Shown here: positions 19,236 through 29,359 of the stretch, piece after piece
Numbering within the stretch: position 1 is the stretch's first letter
How the letters are laid out: each line of letters starts with the position of its first letter
Source: a bacterium
GTDB lineage: Bacteria; UBA8248
NCBI GenBank assembly: GCA_965202625.1
Contig: CBDBBI010000010.1
Location: 96,001-160,000 of the forward strand
Reading direction: 5' to 3'
DNA: 64,000 bases
Position numbers and translations under genes: made by a program
The notes under the pieces: model-generated
Seen by the model: the letters and a program-made list of their open reading frames with translations, nothing else
Told to the model about the DNA's origin: nothing
The model's database searches: none

Positions 19236-20009
19236 ATGGACTTGATGCTTGCCGAGAAGGTGGCGATGATCTCCGGTGCGAGCCGGGGCATTGGTTTTCA
19301 GGTCGCGAAGGATTTGGTGGGCGAGGGTTGCCACGTGGCGATCAGCGCGCGGGGGGAGGAAGACGTAAGTCGGGCGGTGGATGCGCTGAACGCGCTGGGC
19401 GGTGGTCGCGCGGCAGGTTTCGTGGGGGACGTGACGCAAGAGGGTGCGCCCGAGGCTTTCCTGCGCGAGACGCTTGCCGCGTTTGGCGGCGTCGACGTTT
19501 TGGTGAACAACGTGGGAGGCAGCAACCCCAAAGCGTTTCTCGACATCACGGACGCGGAGTGGCGGGAAGGTTTTGGCTTCAACCTGTATCACGCGGTGAC
19601 GCTCTCGCGTCTCGTGATACCGTATATGAAGAAAAGAGGGGGCGGTGCCATTCTGAACGTCGCTTCCATCTACGGGCGAGAATCAAGGGGCGCGATGACA
19701 TATAATGCCTCTAAGGCGGCTCTCATCAGCTTCTCCAAGGGACTTGCCCAGCAGACGGCGAAGGACAATATTCGTGTGAATTCGATTGCGCCCGGCAGCA
19801 TCCTCTTTCCGGGAGGGGTGTGGGAGCGCAGGGTGAACGAGGCGCCCGACGGCCTCAAGGGTTTTGTGGACGCGGAGATGCCTCTGGGCCGGTTTGGGCG
19901 GTTGGAGGAGATATCCGCGGTGGTCGTTTTCATGGTGAGTCCGAGGGCGAGCTTGGTTCATGGCGCCTGCTGGAACGTCGATGGCGCGCAGAGTCGCTCG
20001 AACATCTAG
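19236..20009 (+). CDS. SDR family oxidoreductase
   Basis: SGASRGIG, NNVG, YNASK, NSIAPG. Confidence 0.92.
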   Translation: MDLMLAEKVAMISGASRGIGFQVAKDLVGEGCHVAISARGEEDVSRAVDALNALGGGRAAGFVGDVTQEGAPEAFLRETLAAFGGVDVLVNNVGGSNPKAFLDITDAEWREGFGFNLYHAVTLSRLVIPYMKKRGGGAILNVASIYGRESRGAMTYNASKAALISFSKGLAQQTAKDNIRVNSIAPGSILFPGGVWERRVNEAPDGLKGFVDAEMPLGRFGRLEEISAVVVFMVSPRASLVHGACWNVDGAQSRSNI

Positions 20010-20217
20010 CCCGATCGAGGATTCATGAAGCTCTCCGGAGCGGTTCCCGGACGCGTGTGAGCCACTGTTGCTTCAGTGCGCTTTTCACGATGCGTGGAAC
20101 GCTGAAGTCTATTGGAATCATTTGGTGTTCGGCCAGGGTTTCGAACACCAAATGATTCCAAATAGTCTCGCTTCGTGAATGGGCAACCCCGCCACATCGG
20201 TCTCCTTCAAATCCGTT

Positions 20218-20937
20218 TCACCAAAGCCCGTCAATCGGGCTGTCTCGAGGGTTCTGATTTTTGGAAAAGCGAGGCTGGACAACGGACCTCTCGCAGGCGA
20301 CGCGGTCGAGCACTACAGGATCGGTGTTCGCCATAACGAGTCCCACCCGCGTGGGTTTCCCTGCGCGGGCCCCTAGCTTTACATCGTCCAGACGGCGTCC
20401 AGTACGGAGAACCTTTGTAGCCGAACAAAAATAATTTAGAATGCTTTGGAAAATAGCGGGTTTTCCGAAGCAAAATGCCTTAGAAAAATGGCTATTTTGG
20501 GGGGCGTAAAGGGTCTTGAGAAAGTCGCTCAAAGCAGGTTGTCGAATGTGATGCGGCAAGGCGTCCTCGACGCTCTCGATGTCGGGATGTGCTTAGTAGA
20601 CGGTTCCCTCTAGGTTGGGGTTGGGCGTCCGTGCGCCCTTTGTGAAGGGGAGAAGGCGAACGCCAAGCGCATCGCATATTTCCCGCAAACCGGCGTGCCT
20701 GGCGGCGATGTTTTCCAGCTGCTTCCCTACTGCCTGAAGGATTTCGGGGTGGGCGGTCACCGCGCGATCGGGCGATGTGTCCTTCAGGATGTTCGGCTTG
20801 AGCAGAACATCGTCGCCTTTCGACGCAAATCGCTCCGCTCCGCCCAGCGCCTCAAAGGCTTGGGCGATGGCATGGCACCTTCTACCTACTTGAGCGCGCT
20901 CATAGTCCTCGCAGCGGATGATAACGACGCGGCTCAT
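20218..20937 (-). pseudogene. DUF362 Fe-S protein remnant
   Basis: N-part VLLKPNIL...AVTAHPE ends in a stop; downstream fragment GLVMANTDPVVLDRVACE matches the DUF362 C-terminal motif; the middle is lost. Confidence 0.65.
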
Positions 20938-20944
20938 GGGGTGT

Positions 20945-21274
20945 TCAGCCTCCTTCTTTCACGGTTTTTATTTTCGTGTCGCGCTCCGCCTCAAGCACGT
21001 CGCGCTCACCCCGAAATTTTTGGCGAAGCGCGCCGAGGGTTTCCCTGGCTTCCGGCTCCAGACGTGCCTCTACGGCTTCAAGAGGAGCACCCCCCGTCAT
21101 TTTCATCAATTCCTGCTGGTGGAGAACGTCTTTTTCGGCGATTTTCCCCTCATACACTTTTCTAATTTCCTCGATCTTGTCTTTTTGCTTGGGCGTGAGT
21201 TTTTCCAGCTCCTGACGCGCTTTCTCCCCGATGGCGGAAGTCTTCTCCATCGCTATTTCCAAGGCGCTTTTCAT
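20945..21274 (-). CDS. hypothetical helical protein (MKSALEIAMEKT...)
   Basis: GGAGG RBS, charged coiled-coil-like composition. Confidence 0.7.
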   Translation of the reverse strand: MKSALEIAMEKTSAIGEKARQELEKLTPKQKDKIEEIRKVYEGKIAEKDVLHQQELMKMTGGAPLEAVEARLEPEARETLGALRQKFRGERDVLEAERDTKIKTVKEGG

Positions 21275-21536
21275 GGTGAACCTCCAAGGCAGTATGGTGG
21301 ATTTGCGCGTGACCGCATTGTAGGTCGTGCGGGGAAGGGGGTCAAGTTTTGCTTTTCTTGAGGTGGCGACCGTAGATGCTCCATCTCCGGCGCGTCGGGC
21401 GCCGGCGGGCAACGCCTACGTTTTTAGTCGTATAGAGAGCGATGTGTTTTATTAGGTTTGGCGGAGCATTTCGCCGCCGGATTTTGCTATAAGTTTCGTA
21501 TGAGAGATGTGAATATGATATTTAGGGGAGTATTGG

Positions 21537-22505
21537 ATGATTGCGCCTACCTTCGATGATGTTTTGCAGGCCCAAAAGCGGATCGCGCCGCATTTGCGTC
21601 CCACGCCCTTTCGCGAGATAGAGACCCTCTCGGAGCGCATGGGGTGCCGCTATTTTCTGAAATTCGAATCCATGCAGCCCATCGGCGCGTTCAAGGTGCG
21701 TGGCGGAGTGAATCTCGTCGCCCAGCTGGGGCCAGAGGAGCGTGAGGCGGGCCTCATCACGGCGTCCACCGGCAACCACGGCCAATCCATCGCCTACGCC
21801 GCGAGGATTTTTGGCGTCAGGGCGTTGGTGGCGGCCCCGTACGGGGCGAATCCGGATAAAATATCGGCTATCAGGAGGTTGGGGGCCGAGGTCGCGTTTG
21901 CCGGAAAAGATTTTGACGAGGCGAGGGAATGGTGCGAGGAGCAATGCGAAGCGAGGGGAATGCGTTACGTGCACTCGGCCAACGAACCGCGTCTCATCGC
22001 CGGTGTGGCGACCCAGACGCTCGAGATCGTGGAGGCTGAACCGAAGATGGAAGTGATCATCGTTCCCCTCGGGGGAGGTAGCGGGGTTTGCGGGGCCGCC
22101 CTCGTCGCCAAGTGTATCAGCCCTAAGGTCCACGTGGTGGGCGTGCAGGCGCAAAACGCCCCCGCTTTCTACAAAAGCTTCTATGCAGGTGAGATGCTTC
22201 CCCAGCCGGCGGCGAACACATTTGCGGACGGTCTCGCCACGAGGGTGCCCTATGCGCTGACTTTCTCGATGATGAGGCGATACGTGGATGAGATCGTCGT
22301 GGTAAGTGAGGAGGAGTTGTGCGCCGCTATACGCCTGCTCGTCTCAGAGGCGGGGGTCGTCGCCGAGGGCGCGGGCGCTGCCGCGACGGCGGCGGCACTG
22401 AAAATGGACGTCAAGGACAGACGAGTCGCCGGAATCCTGAGCGGGCGAAACCTCACCGATGAGCACTTGCGGGTCATCATGGATGGCGGGGTGCCTTGCC
22501 CGTGA
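21537..22505 (+). CDS. threonine/serine dehydratase (PLP, fold type II), no ACT domain
   Basis: GAFKVRG, ASTGNHG, PLGGGSG, EGAGA. Confidence 0.9.
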   Translation: MIAPTFDDVLQAQKRIAPHLRPTPFREIETLSERMGCRYFLKFESMQPIGAFKVRGGVNLVAQLGPEEREAGLITASTGNHGQSIAYAARIFGVRALVAAPYGANPDKISAIRRLGAEVAFAGKDFDEAREWCEEQCEARGMRYVHSANEPRLIAGVATQTLEIVEAEPKMEVIIVPLGGGSGVCGAALVAKCISPKVHVVGVQAQNAPAFYKSFYAGEMLPQPAANTFADGLATRVPYALTFSMMRRYVDEIVVVSEEELCAAIRLLVSEAGVVAEGAGAAATAAALKMDVKDRRVAGILSGRNLTDEHLRVIMDGGVPCP

Positions 22506-25081
22506 AATACGTCGTCGAAAAAAAAAGAAAGGTTGGTGAAGCGCGTGCGCCGGAAAGTCGTTACGTCGAAGTTGCGCTCAGCGTCCCTGGACTTAAGTCT
22601 CTCACCTACCGGGTGGATGATGCATTCGTGGAGCGCGTCATGCCCGGCCTGCGCGTGCTGGTTCCACTCGGAAAGAGAAAGGTGACGGGATATGTCGTCG
22701 ACACGCTGCGCGAGAGTCCACCCGCTGGGGTTGCGTTCTCGTCGATAAAACCTGTTTTAGAGGTGCTCGATGACGAACCGCTGCTCACGCCGGAGATTTT
22801 GCGTCTCACCAAGTGGATGGCGGAATACTATTTCTGCGGCTGGGGGGAGGTGCTCAAATTCGCGTTGCCGTCCCACAGGGAGAAGAAAACTGTGGAGCGT
22901 TATAGGTTGAGCGCGTCCGGACGGCGTGAAGCCGCCTTTGAGGAGGGGCGGCTGGGCTTGCCCGGGCTAGCGCCCCTGAGCGGAGGAGATGGGCGTCACA
23001 AGGCGCAAATTCTGGTGGGACTTCGCAAAGGTCCGAGGAGTCTCCATTCCCTCACGGCGTCGTTTGGGCGTGGAACGCGCCCGGAACTCGCGCGGCTTCT
23101 TGAAGGGGGCTTCGTGGAGAGAGTCGATGAGGCGGTAGGTGGTTCGAGGCTCCGGAAGGTCATGTATGCGCGTCTGCGCAAAAAGCCTTTGGTGGATGAG
23201 CTGAGAGAGATGGAGATTCGTGCGAGGCGACAAGCCGAGGTGATTCGCTTTTTGGATGAGACGGAGGATGGGCGGGCGCAGCTGCGAGAGCTGGAGGCTC
23301 TCTCAAAAGGCGCGCGCGCCGTTTGTGCGGCTTTGGAGAGAAAGGGATGGGTAAAGGTGGAAAAATCCATCCTCCCTGACGAGACGGACGGTGTCAATAC
23401 AGGCGGGCGGCCCGACGCTCTTTTCCCGACTCTCACGGAGGAGCAGAAAAAATCGTTTGAAATGGTGAGAGACGATGTTCGGCGAAAAGAATTTTCGGTC
23501 ACTCTTCTTCACGGCGTCACGGGAAGCGGGAAGACGGAAGTCTATATGCGACTGGCGCAAGAAGCCCTGGACAATGAACTGGGCGCGTTGGTTCTGGTGC
23601 CGGAGATCGGCCTGACGTCCCAACTGCTCGAGCGGTTTCAGGGGCGTTTCGGCCCTCTGGTGGGTTGTCTGCATAGCGCATATTCAGACAAGAAACGCTT
23701 GGCCACGTGGCGGCGCATCAAGAACGCGGACGCGCCCATCGTCCTGGGCACGAGGTCCGCCGTCTTCGCCCCGATTCCGAATCTGGGGATTATCGCGGTG
23801 GATGAGGAGCACGACGGTTCTTACAAACAGGAGGAATCCCCACGCTACCACGCGCGCGACACCGCGATCGTGCGCGCCAGGAATCTGAACGTCCCCGTCG
23901 TGCTGGGTTCGGCAACGCCCTCGATTGAAACCTATACGAGTGCGAGAAGCGGGCGGTATCGACTTCGCGCGTTGTCGCGTCGGCCCACCGGGGGCGCTTT
24001 ACCGGAGGTTCGGGTGATGGATTTAAGAAAAGAGGCCGGCCTGGATCCGAAGACGCCGGAGCTTTTGACGCGCGATTTGTCAAAGGCCATCTACGATCGC
24101 CTTGCAAGAGGGGAGCAGACGCTACTGTTTTTGAATCGGCGCGGGTTTTCATCGGTCGTTCTGTGTCGCGATTGTGGTGAGGCGCTTCAGTGTCCCCATT
24201 GTGCCATCCCTATGACGTTTCACCGTGAGGGCGGGGGAGGTGTGCGGTGTCATTGGTGTGATCACGGCGCGCGTCTGCCAAGCAGGTGCGCATCCTGCCG
24301 CGGCGAGCGCGTGGGATATTTCGGCGTGGGAACGCAGCGCGTGGAGCAGGCTGCGAGGGCACGTTTTCCGGGCGCGCGCATCCAGCGCCTGGATAGCGAC
24401 GCCGTCCGCCGCCCGGACGCCTATGAGCGCATACTCGGCGCCATGCGAAGGGAAGAGGTCGACATCCTCATCGGAACGCAAATGGTGGCGAAGGGGCATG
24501 ATTTCCCGAAATTGACGCTCGTAGGGGTCGTGGTGGCCGACGTGGGGCTTCATCTGCCCGATTTCAGGGCGAGCGAGCGCACCTTTCAGTTGTTGACGCA
24601 GGTGGCCGGCCGGGCGGGCCGCGCCGACTTGCCCGGAGAGGTTATTGTTCAGACGTTTCGACCGGATCATTTCGTGATTCAGTGCGCGCGCGCGCATGAT
24701 TACGCAGGATTCTACAAGAGAGAAGCCCTGGCGAGGGAGCGGATGGGCTACCCGCCGTATTGCCGCCTGGCGAGGCTCCGCTTCGAGTCGAAGGACAAGC
24801 GCCTCGCCGCGAAATCGGCTGAATGGACGGCCTCTTATCTCAAGAAGCATGGAGCCGGAGCGGTGGCGCGCGCGGCCGGGGGAGGAATCGAATATCTTGG
24901 CCCTGCGCCTGCACCCGTTTTGAGGATTCGCGGTTTGTGGCGATATCATGTGCTCCTCAAGGCCAGGACGTCGAGGCGCTTGGCTGAGTCGCTCCAATCG
25001 CTGGCGACCGACTTTGACGGGCAGGCGGCCTTCTCGTCCGTTCGCCTAGCAGTGGACGTTGATCCGATGAATTTGATGTGA
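22496..25081 (+). CDS. priA: primosomal protein N' (replication restart helicase)
   Basis: GVTGSGKT, DEEH, SATPS, LNRRG, four CxxC, GTQMVAKG, QVAGRAGR, DVDP; exact start uncertain. Confidence 0.97.
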   Translation: MPVKYVVEKKRKVGEARAPESRYVEVALSVPGLKSLTYRVDDAFVERVMPGLRVLVPLGKRKVTGYVVDTLRESPPAGVAFSSIKPVLEVLDDEPLLTPEILRLTKWMAEYYFCGWGEVLKFALPSHREKKTVERYRLSASGRREAAFEEGRLGLPGLAPLSGGDGRHKAQILVGLRKGPRSLHSLTASFGRGTRPELARLLEGGFVERVDEAVGGSRLRKVMYARLRKKPLVDELREMEIRARRQAEVIRFLDETEDGRAQLRELEALSKGARAVCAALERKGWVKVEKSILPDETDGVNTGGRPDALFPTLTEEQKKSFEMVRDDVRRKEFSVTLLHGVTGSGKTEVYMRLAQEALDNELGALVLVPEIGLTSQLLERFQGRFGPLVGCLHSAYSDKKRLATWRRIKNADAPIVLGTRSAVFAPIPNLGIIAVDEEHDGSYKQEESPRYHARDTAIVRARNLNVPVVLGSATPSIETYTSARSGRYRLRALSRRPTGGALPEVRVMDLRKEAGLDPKTPELLTRDLSKAIYDRLARGEQTLLFLNRRGFSSVVLCRDCGEALQCPHCAIPMTFHREGGGGVRCHWCDHGARLPSRCASCRGERVGYFGVGTQRVEQAARARFPGARIQRLDSDAVRRPDAYERILGAMRREEVDILIGTQMVAKGHDFPKLTLVGVVVADVGLHLPDFRASERTFQLLTQVAGRAGRADLPGEVIVQTFRPDHFVIQCARAHDYAGFYKREALARERMGYPPYCRLARLRFESKDKRLAAKSAEWTASYLKKHGAGAVARAAGGGIEYLGPAPAPVLRIRGLWRYHVLLKARTSRRLAESLQSLATDFDGQAAFSSVRLAVDVDPMNLM

Positions 25082-25204
25082 GGTTGGAGCCGACGGAGAT
25101 GCGGCCGTTTCTTGCCTGATGGGGTTCGATTCGTTCGACGTGGTGGCTTTGTTGTAGAAGGCGGCGCCCTGAATAAGGGCGGAATTGAAAATGAGGAGCT
25201 CTTT

Positions 25205-25780
25205 ATGTCTCGGGAAACTTTCAGAGCGGCCCTCGTGGGCCTTGGCTGGGGGTGACGCCGATAGCCGACGCCCTGCGCAGGAGCATAGATGCGACGGGGC
25301 GTCGAGCTATGAAGCCATACTGGAGAATCCCGACTTGGAGGGGGGTTTTGCTCACCACGCCTAACACCGCGCACGCCGCGCAAGTCATCTCCGCGCTCAA
25401 GACGGGCAAGCACGTTTGGGTGGAGAAGCCATGACGAACGTTTTGGCCGAGGTGCCTGCAGTGCTGGAAGCCTGGAGGCGTCGGGAAAGGCGCTGGCGAT
25501 TCAAAAGGTGGACGAGGCCGCTTGGTGGGATGTGCCCGTTCCTGAAATGGCGGACATGATCCTTGAGGAGGTGGACGAATTCGCCGATTGCGCCTGGACG
25601 TTAGCCGCCCCTGAAACCGGCCCCCGGGAAGCGATTCACGCCCTTGCTCTCGTGGGGGGGCGCGTCGCTCGGCGGAGCAAGGCGGAAAATGCGGATAGAG
25701 GCGTTTTTGTACGGCATAGATGTCTAGGTGGGGCGTTCTGCGCGTCCAAGCGCATGAGGAGAAAGATCCCGACGAGATAG
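25205..25780 (+). pseudogene. Gfo/Idh/MocA oxidoreductase remnant
   Basis: Frameshifted pieces RAALVGLGW / YEAILENPDLEG / VLLTTPNTAH...GKHVWVEKP / EEVDEFADC...PETG. Confidence 0.75.
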
Positions 25781-25869
25781 GTTCATCCTACCAAAGCGCG
25801 TGAGATGACTCAAAGGGCGTTCGGGAAGGATATGCCTGACGCAAGTCAAACGCGAGTAGATATCCCTCT

Positions 25870-25944
25870 TGGTGGGCCGTACTGGATTTGAACCAGTGAC
25901 TTCTGCCGTGTGAAGGCAGCGCTCTGCCACTGAGCTAACGGCCC
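25870..25944 (-). tRNA. tRNA-Val (CAC)
   Basis: GGGCCGT-TAGCTCAGTGGCAGAGC-G-CTGCC-TT-CAC-AC-GGCAG-AAGTC-ACTGG-TTCAAAT-CCAGT-ACGGCCC-ACCA. Confidence 0.97.
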
Positions 25945-26181
25945 ATACCCTCGCAATTATCACACGTCTAGAAAGGGGTCAAGGAGGGATGGGTTTTAGG
26001 AGTGCGGCGTCTCCGCCAGGCCGTCGGACCTTGCGTTTGAGATCGGAGGATGCGTCGAGATTGGACGGTTTGCCCCATCGTTCTCGCTTTGCGGCCCTTC
26101 GGCTTGTTCGCTATGATAACGTAAAGTCCAGATGATCGTCGCTTCAGTTTTCGCGAGTGGCCTTTGAGAGGATAGTCTGAG

Positions 26182-26412
26182 ATGAATCAAGTGACGAACA
26201 ATGGGGTGAAATACAACCTCGAAACCCGCGAGCATGATCTCTACGGGTTTGGCGTGGACGTTTATATGCTCGATCGGGACGGCGGCCAGCCCAGGGAGCC
26301 CATCGCGTTCATTCCAGGAAAAGACGAGAACTCCGCGACGATACTGACGCGGCAATGGCTCAAAATCGCTTTTCCTACGGAGTTGCCTAAGGGGAAGGGG
26401 AAGAAAAAATAA
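26182..26412 (+). CDS. small hypothetical protein
   Basis: GAGGA RBS, protein-like composition, basic tail. Confidence 0.6.
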   Translation: MNQVTNNGVKYNLETREHDLYGFGVDVYMLDRDGGQPREPIAFIPGKDENSATILTRQWLKIAFPTELPKGKGKKK

Positions 26413-26484
26413 CGAACGCCGTAAAAGTCGCGGGCGTTCATCCGGAGTCGTCTTTTCTCAGCCTTTTCTCAGACTTCAAATCGG

Positions 26485-26895
26485 GTGCGCATCTTGGACT
26501 CACCTCGAACAGTGCGAACCACCCTCGCGCCCTCGCCCACGGGCCCGTTCGCCCAGGCGCGCCGGGCGGGTAACCTGTTGTTCATCGCCGGGCAGCGTGG
26601 CATCGATCCGGTCTCCGGCGCACTTGTCGAGAGAGACATTGAGGCGCGCGCCAGAAGAGCGTTGGAGAACCTCAGAGCCATCGCCGAGGCGGCGGGCGCG
26701 TCTTTGGCGAGTTTCGTTTCCACCGTCGTCTACGTGCGAGACATGAAGGCCCATCGTCCGGCAGTCAACCGGCTGTATATGGAATACTTCGGGCCTAATC
26801 TACCGACGCGCACCATCGTGGAAGTCAGTGGGCTGAACCAGGACGACATCGTGGAAATCGAGGCGGTGGTGATGATTCCGGAACCGGAGGATTAG
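26485..26895 (+). CDS. RidA/YjgF family protein
   Basis: GPFAQA, LFIAGQ, PTRT, VEIEA. Confidence 0.9.
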   Translation: MRILDSPRTVRTTLAPSPTGPFAQARRAGNLLFIAGQRGIDPVSGALVERDIEARARRALENLRAIAEAAGASLASFVSTVVYVRDMKAHRPAVNRLYMEYFGPNLPTRTIVEVSGLNQDDIVEIEAVVMIPEPED

Positions 26896-28478
26896 CGGAT
26901 CGCAGGCGCGGGAAGCGGCTCCCACCACTTCGCAACACCCAGATCGTCCGCGATCGCGCCCGCTGCATTGTAGCCAGGCGCTCCGTTCAGCCCGCCCCCC
27001 TGGCAGCTGGAACTGCACAGGTAGAACCCCTCCAGCGGCGTTCTCATGCCGCAGAGCAGGGGATGGGGTCTGTTGATCCCCAGTTGTTCGGGAATGTATG
27101 CCCCCATACGCACTCCGCCGCGCACCATGTTTTTGTTTCCGCGCTCCACGTCGAGTGGGGTGTAGAGCTTCGCCGCACGAACGTTTTCTGGGGTGAGATT
27201 CGGAGCGTAGCCTCGCCAGACATCCATTAAGCGGACGGTGTATTCCTCCTTGATGTCGTCCCACCTTTGTGCTCCGCCGTCCCTCAACTCATAGGGCGCG
27301 CCCGGCCACCAGAAGGCGACGTGCCCGTCGGCGGGCGCGTAGGTGGAGTCGTGCTGGCTGTTGCACGATCCGTTGCCCATCGGGCGAGAAGGCAGGGAGC
27401 CGTTTTTGCGCTCCTGCGCGTTTTCGGCCATCTCCTCACCAGAGTCCGCGCCGAATATGACGTTGTACGCCCTGCTCACGTCCGGGTCGAAGTCCCCCGC
27501 CGTATATCGCGGGGGTTCGGCTAGGGCGAGATGCAGTGTGCTGAGGGAGTGAAAGCCCCAGTCCCAGCTTCGCGTCTTCTCGTTGACTTCATCGGGGAAA
27601 GCGTCCTCTCCCGCCATTGTGATGGACGCCGGCGCGTTGAGGCTGGAGGCGACGAAGTGCCTCGCCGTCATCTTCTCCCCGTTGTCGAGCGCGACGCCCG
27701 CCGCGCGCCCATTTTTCTGCGTCACCTCCCGGACGTGGCTGCTTCTGAGGACGATACCTCCGTTTCGGGTGATGATGCGCTCAAGGGCGAGGGGCAGTTG
27801 AATGGCGCCCCCCACCGGAAGCCCGAGCGTCGTGTGCGTGGAAAACAGACTCGGGAGGAAAATTCCGGTCCCCGGCGCGTCCTCCACTGTGACGGCGTGA
27901 GAGAACAGGAAGAACAAAGCCCGCATTTTGGGATGATCAAAGTGCGACTCGATGGCCTCGAAGATCGAAATTTTCGCAAAACTCAAAATCTCTCGTCCCG
28001 CCTCGCCTTCCATTCGAGAAGCGATCTCGCTTGGCGGCAACGGCGGGTGAAACAAGAAGCTACGCATGAGCGGAGCGAGCTCCACGGCGAATCGACGGTG
28101 GAGAGAGAGGTAAGATGCGGCGTCTTTTTGAGAGAAATTTGATATAGATACCGCGCTTTTCTCCGGGTCTCGATGCAGCAGGATGGCGCTGCCGTCTCGG
28201 TATAGGGCGGCGTGTTGCGCGTCTGGCGTGAGCCACCTGAATCCATGCTTGTTCAGCTCGAGGTCTTTGACGATAGGAAAATCATCAAGACCAATGAAGA
28301 AATTCGCGTGCATGTTGGAGCGATAGCCGGGCAGCAGAAAATCCTTTGTGCTCGATCCGCCGCCAATTTCAGGCTCGCTTTCGAGGACGGCGATTTTTAG
28401 TCCCGCCCGGGCGAGATAAGCCGCGCATACTAAGCCATTGTGGCCTGCACCGATTACGATCCCGTCGAATTGCACCAT
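26892..28478 (-). CDS. phytoene desaturase-family FAD-dependent oxidoreductase
   Basis: VIGAGHNGL, IGGG, TPLD, FYLCSS...GGG..GAPGYNAA; start at ATG 28478. Confidence 0.88.
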   Translation of the reverse strand: MVQFDGIVIGAGHNGLVCAAYLARAGLKIAVLESEPEIGGGSSTKDFLLPGYRSNMHANFFIGLDDFPIVKDLELNKHGFRWLTPDAQHAALYRDGSAILLHRDPEKSAVSISNFSQKDAASYLSLHRRFAVELAPLMRSFLFHPPLPPSEIASRMEGEAGREILSFAKISIFEAIESHFDHPKMRALFFLFSHAVTVEDAPGTGIFLPSLFSTHTTLGLPVGGAIQLPLALERIITRNGGIVLRSSHVREVTQKNGRAAGVALDNGEKMTARHFVASSLNAPASITMAGEDAFPDEVNEKTRSWDWGFHSLSTLHLALAEPPRYTAGDFDPDVSRAYNVIFGADSGEEMAENAQERKNGSLPSRPMGNGSCNSQHDSTYAPADGHVAFWWPGAPYELRDGGAQRWDDIKEEYTVRLMDVWRGYAPNLTPENVRAAKLYTPLDVERGNKNMVRGGVRMGAYIPEQLGINRPHPLLCGMRTPLEGFYLCSSSCQGGGLNGAPGYNAAGAIADDLGVAKWWEPLPAPAIR

Positions 28479-28653
28479 CGGACTATCTCCTCGATATGGG
28501 AAAAGCGGAGCCCCCCCTGCTGGATTGGCGATGAAAGGATAAAGCACCCGGCGGAGAGCGCACCCCCCCCCACCTGAGGCTGAGGCGAGTGAATGTTTGT
28601 TGTTTCGCCCGTTTGTGCAGGCGGCTGGCGGCTGAGGGCCACCGAGGGGGTGA

Positions 28654-29286
28654 TCAGCTTTCCGCTTTTTCCTTCTCTAGGCGTTCTTGCCTTATGCGGT
28701 CGACTTCTGATCTCACGTCTTCAATCACGTCTTTGCCCCAGAAGCGCTTCCCCTCAACCACGAACGTGGGGATTCCGAATATACCCAGGCTTTTCCCCTG
28801 GGCGCGCTGGCTATACAGTGAGCCGATGTAGCGCCGATCGGCGATGACGGTTTTAATTTCCTCTCCATCCAGGCCGACCTCCTCGCCCAGGCGGACGATG
28901 ACGTCCACGTCCTCGAGGTTCAGGTCCTCCACCCAGCGGGCCCTGTAGCAGCGATCCCGAAATTCCTTGAATTTTCCTTTGTCGCGGGCGTAATAGGTAG
29001 CCATGTGAAGTTTGGTGGTGCGGTAGTCCGCCCCCGCCACACGAATGGGCACGTTGTATTTCTCGGCGAGGGGCTTGTGGTTCGTCTCGAAATTCTCCTT
29101 TTTTTGCTCAAGCGAGTAGCCGGCGAACTCCTGTCCCGGGGGCCTCCCCTCCCAGCTGACCCACTCGACGACCACATCGGGTACTTCCTCAATCACCGGC
29201 GTGCCACCCACGGTGGCGACGTAGCAAAATGGTCATGTGTAATCCGAGTATTTCACCACGATGATTGGTTCTTTCAGCCCACCCAT
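28654..29286 (-). CDS. DsbA/FrnE-like protein, probable selenoprotein (UPFC), 210 aa
   Basis: MGGLKEPIIVVKYSDYT-TGA(29233-29235)-PFCYVA in frame with ORF 28654-29211; GIFGIPTF...FWG; GGAGG RBS. Confidence 0.9.
29200..29221 (-). promoter_or_regulatory. putative SECIS hairpin
   Basis: CGU-C-GCCACC-GUG-GGUGGC-ACG, +12 to +33 after the UGA. Confidence 0.7.
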
Positions 29287-29359
29287 AGCGTTGCCTCCGT
29301 CTTGGTTTTCGCTCCTTGCGAGGAGTCGATTGGACGTATCCTGTGCTGCGACTGTTAGT

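Noticed and set aside
25253-25255. TGA after GLGWG as another possible Sec codon
   Set aside because: It lies in a Rossmann motif, not a Cys position; a TAG follows within a few codons and the locus has several frameshifts, so it is a pseudogene lesion.
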